Assembly (NCBI GenBank): GCA_951406725.2
Contig: OX597815.1
Span: forward strand, 39,866,001 to 39,930,000
Reading direction: 5' to 3'
DNA from: Octopus vulgaris
Taxonomy: Eukaryota
DNA: 64,000 nucleotides
In this document: positions 53,987-64,000 of the stretch, one piece after another
Numbering within the stretch: position 1 is the first letter of the stretch
Layout of the letters: each line of letters begins with the position of its first letter
Notes under the pieces: generated by a model
Seen by the model: the letters and a program-made list of their open reading frames with translations, nothing else
Told to the model about the DNA's origin: nothing
The model's database searches: none
Made by a program: the position numbers and the translations under genes

Positions 53987-55260
53987 GGTAGACAGGTAGA
54001 CAGAGGGTGTGTGCGGGTGTGCGCGCGCGTGCATGCTGTCCTATAACTACACACATGGAACTCTAATAAGAATAAACATACAACTTTGCCTGAAATTCAC
54101 AAATCATCAATTTAGCATAATTTGGTAGTGAGAGGATTTTATAAAATTTATATTCTTGCTTCTTTCCCAACCGAAATATAGCGATTTTTGTTGCCTGTTA
54201 GCATTGTGTAGCTGTTAGCGGCCTATGTTCTTCGCCGCTTTTCAATTATTTATTTGACATGAACTATAGGCTAGAATGAAAATTTCCGGTTTTGGCTTCA
54301 GTTTCCTGATGCGTTATACTGATATCAATCATTTCAGATAGTGAAATTTGTCTTCCATTATTTAAATCAACAGTTTCTGTTGAACGCTGCAGGTTGTGTT
54401 TATCAAAATATTTGTATCTATGTGAAACGACATTTTATCTGTTTGGTTAAACTCAACCGAAAGTCAGAGTGGTAAAAGAACCATAATTGATTCGACAGGA
54501 ATTCCTTCGTGGCTATATTCTTAAATTGTTGGACACAGAAATAAACTGAAAGTTTGAACTTAATATTATATTAAAGTTACTGAATTCTTGTTTCAGTGTT
54601 CATCAACAAACTTTAACTTTTGAGAAGCCAGAAGGGATCCGAATTGATCGAAAACCTAAAGTGATTTGTTTATTTACTTTTATCCTATATCGCAATTGGT
54701 GAACAATAACGTCGTTGGTTACAGGTTTCTAGTAGACCAACCATTGACTTACTGCATTTCTCAACGGTGTGAGTGCTGGGGAAGGACGTATCTGGAACTC
54801 GACGCTTGGAACTTCGTGTTTCGGTTTTTATCATCGATATGTATATATCCTTCACTGATATACACCAGAGAATGATATGCATACTCATGCTAACCTGAGC
54901 ACGTATACAAACCATGGCAATTATAACACTTGATGATTAACTGAAAATCAAACTGTTTAAAATGTTAAGACGACGATCGGGAGCCAACAAACGCGATAGA
55001 GCATCATTCGTCTACGTTTTCAGTTCAGATCCTGCCAGGATCTAGTTTATCATTCATCTCTTCGAGGTTGGTAAAATAAATCAATGGCCATAAATCCATA
55101 CTAGAGAAGGTGGCGAATACTGTTGAGTAAGAGGCAAGGTCTCTGGGAACCAAGGATGAGAACGAGTGCCGAACCTCAGCTGAAACTAATTCAGTTACAC
55201 AGCTTTCCATGGAAAAGATATAAATTCTCTCTCTCTCTCTTTCTTTCTCTGTCTGTCTCC

Positions 55261-55302
<42 letters not shown>

Positions 55303-55899
55303 AGTCACAAGGATATTCATTTGAAGAAGAAGGAAAGGAACAAATCTTAGAAGTAGAGTGACGAAATCATTTCTAACAGGGCACAGAGAATAGGAGATAT
55401 AGCAGCTAACTTGACTACAACACACAGAGACACAAAATTACTTACTCTGTCACTCTGACCACAAAAGAATTATATATTTAACTTAGAACCTCATAAAATT
55501 CCGATCTGAGTTGTGAATAAAGCTGACTTAAAATCTATTGAAAACAAGATTGCATGCAAGAGTGACCAAGTTTTCTCTTTATGTATGACAATGCTATTAA
55601 TTTTAAGTGATTTATCAACAATACCATCTATATACATCAAACGTGTTCTCGAGAAAGTGTTCAGAGTTCCTTGAATTATATTTCTTTTAACAATAACATT
55701 CTCATGAGATAAAGAACAAAGCTCTCAAATCAATTTAATGAAAATACCACAGAGATAGGTAAAACAATAACGATTATCGCTCATAGACATCGAAAATGAA
55801 TCAAACTTTAAAACAAATACCACACAGCAGTAAAATGAAATATGAATGTAAACATAACAAACAATCGTAACATTTTGTTACGGTATTAAAAAGTTCTTC

Positions 55900-56250
55900 A
55901 ACATTGACATTTTATCTACCATCAATTCCATCATTATAAAAAATATAATTTTCAAAGATAAAAATATATCTGCACTCAGAAGTAAGTTTTTTCTTCATAA
56001 ATTCTAAAATAATGACCAAAACGCCTCAACTATTTTTTTAAAGCACCTTTGGAAACAGCAAGCTCCGACGCCAAGATAGGAGAAACATTCATAATAAATA
56101 AAACAGATCAGAAGCTAACAAACAAGAGACCTATTTCCCTGAATTCATATATCAACAGAATTATAGAACAAGTTATCACACACAAACTAATTACGTTCTT
56201 ACCAACTTTGTTTGATCATATACGTGATTTCAATAGATAAAATAGTTACT
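55900..56250 (+). mobile_element. Decayed CR1/L2-like reverse transcriptase fragment
   Basis: TNKRPISLNSYINRIIEQVITHKLITFL resembles the NYRPISLTSxxxKxxExII motif. Confidence 0.55.
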
Positions 56251-57646
56251 CGGTATTTCAAATGAGTCATAATAAAGACCAACTGGGCAAGCAGATGACG
56301 TGATAAAGATGCATTGTATGGAAAATGGTGGATGATATAGATGTTAGTTTCAGAGTATTTTAGTCTTTGCTGGTGTCATGAAGATTTAAAAAGGAACAGA
56401 GAACACCAACAGAAGGATAGAAACAGCAACAAGATGAAATAAAAGCCTGGTCAACTTTACAGCAACAAGCAGACAATATTGATGTTTTGTTGCAAAAATA
56501 TTCCATAAGTTGCTCCACGGGTATTTAGCGCTGTCATCAAGCAAATAATAGCAAATGGCTATTTGAACTTTATCATAAACAAGCAATAAATAAAACTGCT
56601 GCAGTTTCTATTGTTACGAGAATGCATATATAAAACACTGCCTGGAGTTCAGTTGCGACTGAAAACAAGGTGGAAATTCGATATTCCGCTTCAAAAAAAT
56701 ATTTACTTCTCTCGACAATATCAGTTGAAAGCGAAGGATAAGAAGGGTATCCAATCATTCTTTGTTCGATTCTGTCAGTGAGTTGTTGTTGTTGGTGGTG
56801 TTGGTGGTGGTGGTGGTGGTGTGTGTGTGTGTGTGTATGCCTGTGCGTGCGTGTGTATGTGTGTGTGTCTGTGTGTGTGTGTCTGTGTGTGTGCGTGCGT
56901 GTGTGTGCATGTTGAACATGTTCCTAGCATTACTGTCCAAATTTGCTTCTTGCGTATTATTCTGAATCTAACAACTTCGATCGGGGACTTCCGAACTGGC
57001 AGCACATTTCGCCTTCAATGGCAACAACGTCTCTACCCCAACTACATTGACTCAGCTATCAACCGAGAATCAATCGTTTCTTTCCTTTCTCATGAATGAG
57101 CTTCTTATCATTCTAACTAACACTATTCACTCTTATTCAGGTAACAAATCACTCCTCTCCTTTTCATGTACATCAAACACGAAACTATTATTTGCAGCTT
57201 TAGACAAATATCACTCTATCAATAAACATCTTAATCATAACCATAACCGCCAAATAAGATCTGACAAACTGGGACATTTAACAGTAATAAAACGTATACA
57301 TTAAATATTTGAAAGACATAAAACTCACTTCTGAACAAATCCTGATCTACAAATGCACACAACTTCTGATATTAATATTGAGTCCTGAAAATTGATGACT
57401 GTTGCCTGTTAGAAATAAGTATTGATTTTTATTAAACATAGGCCTAAAGTATCTAATTTGGGGGTTAAATGTAAAATATTATGTCTTCCAGCTACCCAGC
57501 ACATGATTGGCTTTAATTTCGTCCTCTCAAGAATGGAAGGCATATCTATGGCTAGATTTGAACGCAGTAAGTTAGAGGCTATTACTTAAGACCGACGGTC
57601 TACCACACCACTGCCCCTCTGTTACAGGTAATGCTGCTTCTAACTT

Positions 57647-57830
57647 AAAAATACGGCCAATAATTTTGAGTAATAAATACCACCGAACCAGTATTTGATT
57701 GGTGCTTTACTTTATTGACACCGAAAGGATGAATGACAAGGTCGACTCGGCAGGACTTGAACTCAAACGTAAAGAGTCGAAAAGAATGCGCAAAACAATT
57801 TTTTATCGACGCCTTAACGATCCTTCTAGT
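57647..57830 (-). mobile_element. SINE family A, degenerate
   Basis: ccgaaaggatgaatgacaaggtcgactcggcaggacttgaactc is the reverse complement of the family core. Confidence 0.7.
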
Positions 57831-58575
57831 TTTTGCTGGTAATATCACCAGTACGACATTAACGGGAAACTAGGATTCCTTTTTTTGTTTCAAACATTCC
57901 CACTAAACGTATCTGTTCGTGTATGCTATATTTTCTATTTTTTGCTGGACTCTGAAAAGAAAGCTATCTGAAAAATATACAATAAAAAACAAAAAAAAAC
58001 GATTTACTAACGAAAAACCTAGAACGTAACAATATAATTCTAAATCATTTTGTCTCTGGTAATCACCTACTGTTTCAGATCAATCTTACCCCCAGCAAGT
58101 ACGATGTAAAAGAATAAATTATTAAGTCGTTGCTAGCGTACGAGTATGTTAACACCGTCTTTACTGTTTACTTTTTTATACAGTAAAAGCTGCTGAGTAT
58201 TTTCACATCGTCATGCTTCAAAGAAAAAGCCCAACAAGTTTAGAGAAAGTTCTTAACCAGACATTCTATCTACATTTAGTCAAATACATCAAAACATGAT
58301 GAAGAAAAAACAAATTACAAAAGATATAGTTTACGAATTTCTGTCACGTATTTCGTGCTTAAATAAATACCATTAGTAGTGACGATGCAATATTCAGAAT
58401 TTCTAGGATCTACAAACTGCTTAATTGCTAAGTGTTCAATTTATAGGAACAAGAGTAACCTAACAAGCTGTAACATTTGGAATATAGACTTAATCAGGCA
58501 TTATAATGCCCTGAGTTGGCAGTCAAAGTCTTATTGAAAATTAATAATCATTTCATTTAAAATAAAAATAAATAT

Positions 58576-58977
58576 GGGTCTTTTCGGTTTGATCGGCAGT
58601 TTTTTCTAGCGGTGTCATATGAAATTGTCACCCATAATTATGACCCTAGAATCGATCTATTGCATTTCAATCTCTTTTAGGGTTAGGGTTAGGGTTAGGG
58701 GTGGGGGAAGGGTATCTTTTTTTCTTCACAAATGTAAATAAACCCAATCTGTTTCTTAAACGAGGGACATATTCAAACGGCACAGAATGCTTTATAACTC
58801 AATAGACGTCACTGATTGGTTGAAATTGCAGAAATTGAAGAGAAAAAAAAACAAATATCTCAATAAAGCCAAGAGAAAAAGATGTTTTATAAACACATTC
58901 TACCAGTATACGAAGTTTAAAAATTTTTAGTTACCTAGAAATTATGTTAAAAACTGCCGTTCAAAACGAAAAGATCC
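58576..58977. mobile_element. MULE-like MITE with internal TTAGGG repeats
   Basis: TIR gggtcttttcggtttga.cggcagttttt / aaaaactgccgttcaaaacgaaaagatcc. Flanks ataaatat / ataattat (7/8 TSD). ttagggttagggttagggttaggg at ~58677-58700. Shares acacatt..accagtat.cgaagttt with the 20323 element. Confidence 0.8.
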
Positions 58978-59370
58978 ATAATTATTATTTTTATCACGAA
59001 GTGTTAATGCTTTTGGGGTTACTGAAGCTCAGCAATAAAAAAAAAATCAGCTACTTTACTGAGTTGCATTGTTGGTTATGATATACAGGGCAAGTGTAGA
59101 AAAAATTATGATAAACACTAGTTTATTTCATTTGTTAACTACGTACGTTTCATCGTTGTGTTGTTTGGAATCCAACGCCGAGGTTCTGAAAAGCCACAAC
59201 GGTGAAGCTTACATAGGAAACAAATTCTATAAACTTGTGTCTATCAAAATTTTTCCAATATAGAATATATATAAAAATATATAAATATTGTATGTATGTA
59301 TGTATGTATGTATGTATGTATGTATGTATGTATGTATGTATGTATGTATGTATGTATGTATGTATGTATG

Positions 59371-59700
59371 GGCATGGTTATGTGGTTAAGCAGTCACTTC
59401 ACAACTATGTGGATTCAAATTTGGTCCTACCGAGAGGCACCTTGGATAAATGCCTTTTTCAATAGCATCGAGTTGACCAATGCCTTGCAGAAGAAAGGCA
59501 GCCCGAAGCATGTATGTGTACGCGCGAGTCTAGACTGTGTTTTCATTAACTGCTTTACTACTAGAATAACTAGCGGCTCATAAAATAGAATCCATAAAAT
59601 AAGTATCATGCTTAAAAATAAGCACAAGGCTCGATACGACTGAAAAAACCCTCGAAGGCCACGCACCAGAATGGCTGCAGTCCAATGACTGAAACCGGTG
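59371..59700 (+). mobile_element. SINE family B, degenerate
   Basis: ggcatggttatgtggttaag...ggcaccttggataaatg...tggctgcagtccaatgactgaaac. Confidence 0.65.
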
Positions 59701-60081
59701 AAAGAGTAAAATAATAAAATCACACATGCGCGCGCATACATACATATATATGTTGAGAGAGAGAGAGAGGGGAGAGAGATAAAGACAGAGAGAGTGAAAA
59801 TAATGAGAAAGGATTGAAAATGAAAATGCGTTAAATTTGCACACACGCCCGCACACACACACATACATGTACACACACACATGCACACACATTGCTTGAA
59901 TAAAACAAGTTTTATTTTTTAACTAAAAGGTTAAATAGTTTTCCCATATATTTATGTAACACATATAACTACACAATATGCTTCCATATAACAAATGTTT
60001 TCGTATAATAATAATAATGCTGAAAACATAGTAATGTATGTTGTCACAAGATGAATTACACATACGTAATACACGCACACA

Positions 60082-60082
<1 letters not shown>

Positions 60083-60142
<60 letters not shown>

Positions 60143-60143
60143 T

Positions 60144-60192
<49 letters not shown>

Positions 60193-60203
60193 GGTGGTGG
60201 TGG

Positions 60204-60241
<38 letters not shown>

Positions 60242-60272
60242 GTTGTGGTGGTGGTGGTGGTGGTGGTGGTGG

Positions 60273-60303
<31 letters not shown>
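60083..60303. repeat. Compound trinucleotide array (AAT)n(GAT)n(GGT)n(GAT)n(GGT)n(GAT)n
   Basis: Direct reading. Confidence 0.95.
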
Positions 60304-60543
60304 AAAATAGGCGAGAGAGAAAAGATCAAATGCTATTTAGAAGTTTTCGAATGAAAAACATTTTAGTGAATAACTATTAATTGCATGTCGTAAACTAAAA
60401 GATTTTGTATTGAAAAAAAAAATGAAAAAAAAAACATTTAACAGTCTGGGTTTTCGCTGTCGTACAGCTTCCCAATGTTCTTCCATTACATCTAAAATCC
60501 ATGTGGTCACACACACACACACACACACATGTATATGTACATA

Positions 60544-60575
<32 letters not shown>

Positions 60576-60639
60576 CATGTATGTGTGTGTGTGTACATAC
60601 ATCAGATGGTGTATATATATGATGCGGCCGCATAGTGAA

Positions 60640-60850
60640 GGGGGTGGTCTAGTGGTTAGGAGATCGTGGGTTCGATTCGCGGACCGGGCGGTGCGTTGTG
60701 TTCTTGAGCGAAACACGCCATCTTGCGTTGCTCTGGGATCACTTACGCTCCTGACATGAAGCACACTGTGCACCTGTACAGGTAATATCGATTTGATGGA
60801 GGAAATGAATTAATGTGCAGCAGAAATATTCGATCATTTTAAACAAATCA
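60640..60850 (+). mobile_element. tRNA-derived SINE (family C)
   Basis: A-box-like gtggtctagtggttagg and B-box-like gggttcgattc, then ttgtgttcttgagcgaaacac. Confidence 0.6.
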
Positions 60851-61022
60851 CGTGTACAAGTTGTTCAACAAGTAATTACGGAACTGTCTTTCTCGAGCAC
60901 GAGTGACTACCATTAAAGAGTAGCCCACGCCCTTCTGCTGCTTACAGTTCGGTGCCACTATTTAACCCATGTGGTCAGTCGGAAAACACAGTCGCTTACT
61001 TCGATTGGTCGATAGTAGAATA

Positions 61023-61238
61023 AGGCGGCGAGCTGGCAGAAACGTTAGCACGCCGGGCGAAAAGCGTAGCCGTATTTCGTCTGCCGTTACGTTCTAAGTT
61101 CAAATTCCGCCGAGGTCGACTTTGCCTTTCATCCTTTCGGGGTCGATAAATTAAGTACCAGTTACGCACTGGGGTCGATGTAATCGACTTAATCCGTTTG
61201 TCTGTCCTTGTTTGTCCCCTCTGTGTTTAGCCCCTTGT
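61023..61238 (+). mobile_element. SINE family A, young copy
   Basis: Nearly identical to 49342-49574. Confidence 0.9.
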
Positions 61239-61343
61239 GAAAGTAGAATGATTCTAGGTGTTGTAACCAATGCAGATTAGCGTCTGTTACGCATTAGGGA
61301 AAGCTTTAAAATACAGCAATACAAAAATACAGCGCTCGTGCGC

Positions 61344-61378
<35 letters not shown>

Positions 61379-61989
61379 CACGCGTGTATGTGTGTGTGTG
61401 TGCGTGCACGCGTGTATGTGTGTGTATGCATGTATATATGTGTCTCTAGGTGTTAATATTGGGCTTGTTATTTTTTTTAATTACGAATAACAACAGAACA
61501 AAACCAGTATTAGTGCAGTTCAATATTCACAAGTTCAGTGAAATTTAATCATAATAATTTCAAACAGATTAACCTATTACTAGATGCATTTCTGTTTGGA
61601 TACTGAATTAATTATTTATTAGTAGAAACTTTAATCTTGTAAATCTATCTGAGAAAATACCATATTGACAAGTACGAGCCACTCATTTTCCTTTTGTAGT
61701 AGCAAGCTCTCATTCTTACACGTCATAGAGTCTGTTATAATATCGTGAACATTAAGAATAACTTGATTCACATTTTTTACTCATTAACTTTGTATAAAAC
61801 TTTGCCTCATATTAATTTGCTTTCAAGAGAAATCAGCCCGACATATTAATAGATGTCTATTCATTTCTTTATAAAAGCATACATGCATGTACAATTTATA
61901 ATGTTTAGATTTCATTTTTTATTTACTAAGCCTGGAGGAAGGGATAGAGAGATTCAAAGTGTTGGGAAACATCATTGTAAATGGTTGTC

Positions 61990-62400
61990 TTCATTTTACC
62001 TGAAATATGAAAAGTGATAGAAATGGACGATAGTTGGTTGGGTTGGATGGTATTACCTGTATTTGGAGAGAGACACACTGAAGCCAAATAGTAGGGTATA
62101 GGATTGTAGAGAGTGAAAGGTTAAAGAGTTTGGAGAGTATAGGAGAAAGTTCTGGGGGACATTGCTTATGTACAAGGGAAGGCACATTGCCAGGGCCGGT
62201 GTTCTTATTCGTTCGAAGCACGTAAAGATATTTCTGCATTCGGCATGTATATTAGTAGATTGGGGAGCCCTTCGGTGGAAAGGGCAAGTTTCGGAGTTGA
62301 GGTTAGATGGAAAGTGGCAACGGAGATGAAGGCTTTTTTCCATGGAGCTATTGGTTACAGGGCTATCATTGTTTAGGAGTGGAGGAAAAGAAGACTCCGA
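61990..62400 (-). mobile_element. CR1/Jockey-like RT fragment
   Basis: KNTGPGNVPSLVHKQCPPELSPILSKLFNLSLS...PTIW...NPTNYRP. Confidence 0.75.
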
Positions 62401-63465
62401 AAAGCTAGTAGAGATCCTTTTGGCAAAGGGCTAGTTTCAGTGGCGGAAAAGCCCGGGGGGCCGTGTGGTGCACGAAGGCATCATTTGCAGAGCATCTGTA
62501 GCACCACTAAGAATAAACCGTTGGGTTTTGCTGTGGGGGTAGGGATGTAAATGACTATGCCTATAATTGTGTCGGAACTATGAATCTCAATTATAGATTG
62601 TATAAGATTATGCTTGACTAGTAAGCCATATCTAATTTTTATTACGAATTGGCTAGGTAGAATAACAAGACTGTATATAATTAGCCAATTTACAATGGTA
62701 ATAATAATGCAAATGCATTTTAAACAATTTGGACAAATGTTCTGTTAGTTTTCCATCTTTTTTTTTTTCACTTTTTTCTTTGGTATGCGACAGTCTTCAG
62801 TAGTTGTATTAATTTTACCACAGTGGTTAATGTTTCGTTAAAAATTAAGATTTTAAAATCATTTTTTAACCATGGATATTTTTCTTAGTCTAAATAAACC
62901 CACAACCCATTGAGCTACTATTTCTTTGGAAATGCCATAAGGAATTCACTTTTTCATCGTGAAAGTATCTTTGATATCAAGAAGTGGCACTTCAGGGTTT
63001 TTTTTTCACTGATTTGATACTCATTAGTAGTAAAGGTATTTCCTTACAACATACACTTCATAGATATTTTTTGCGTTTGTTTTCCATCCAACTTAACACT
63101 TGATATGAGTCATTGAAAACTTAGCCTTCAATCTCTTAAATGCATAAAAAAGTATATATATGCTGAAGCCGTTCTTAATGAGAGATATCAAAAACGAAAA
63201 CACAATTTGAAAGCGAAAAATTTGCAATTCAAAATTTCTGCAAATCCTTATCCTTCAAAGATTTTTTTTTTGTATTTGACATTTTAACAACCTATACGTC
63301 ACGTTCATATATGCTGTGTCAACTCTGCATGTGATCATAATTATGTGCTTTTTGTTTCATTTCTTATAGTTAAATCAACATATACAGATATGTGAGTTTG
63401 AGTTGAGTACATACTTTTCATTGAGACAATTAAAGCCAGTAACTAATTGCTAGTTGTTATTAACA

Positions 63466-63573
63466 AAGCGAGCTGGCAGAATCATTAGCACGCCGGACAA
63501 AATACCTAGCGGCATTTCGTCCGTTTATACGTTCTGAGTTCAAATTCCGCCGAAATCGATTTTTGCATTTCAT
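63466..63573 (+). mobile_element. SINE family A, 5' half
   Basis: gcgagctggcagaatcattagcacgccgg...gagttcaaattccgccg. Confidence 0.8.
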
Positions 63574-63735
63574 GTGCGCGCATATATATGTATATATATT
63601 ATTATAATAGGGAGTATAACTCCAAACTTACAGGGTATTAAATTAAATTTCACAGTATAAATATATAATATATATAAATTAGAGAAAAACCACTATTATG
63701 TAAGCTATCAATATAATAATAGTGGTTTTTCTCTA

Positions 63736-63848
<113 letters not shown>

Positions 63849-64000
63849 GACAGAGAGAAATATATATACATATATATATTTCTATATTTAAGAGATGAAG
63901 AATTATGTCGAATGTAAATAATGTATATATATATCTTTTAAACTTATTTACGGGAAACGTTTTTGCACCATACAACGGAACATCAAGAGTATGCAACTTA

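Noticed and set aside
59952-60329. Poly-S/P/L and poly-I/M/V ORFs, and other YIYI/CVCV/LSLS ORFs in the track
   Set aside because: These are translations of microsatellites.

Overview
This is AT-rich, microsatellite- and transposon-dense animal DNA. The SINE families and repeat landscape resemble Octopus (coleoid cephalopod), which is an inference. One host gene could be built by hand: a + strand GH18 chitinase-like gene with 8 coding exons (CDS 14189..42534, 1164 nt, 387 aa, signal peptide, no chitin-binding module). Its catalytic motif reads DGLDFHWMYP instead of DGLDxDWEYP, so it is probably a non-enzymatic chi-lectin. The rest is mobile DNA: a tRNA-Trp-primed non-autonomous LTR element with a 4-bp TSD, four Helitron-like elements, mariner relics and MITEs, MULE-like TIR elements with 8-bp TSDs, a hAT-like relic, CRE/CR1/Penelope fragments and many tRNA-SINEs. 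The most interesting signals are: (i) a retrotransposon ORF1 copy that looks A-to-G hypermutated on its sense strand, possibly an ADAR-edited RNA written back into DNA; (ii) two homologous ORF1-only retroelements; (iii) a 2-kb composite transposon with an 8-bp TSD and captured cargo; (iv) several minimal hammerhead-ribozyme motifs; (v) a candidate recursive splice site; (vi) a perfect 26-bp hairpin downstream of the gene. All calls were made by eye and no database searches were run.
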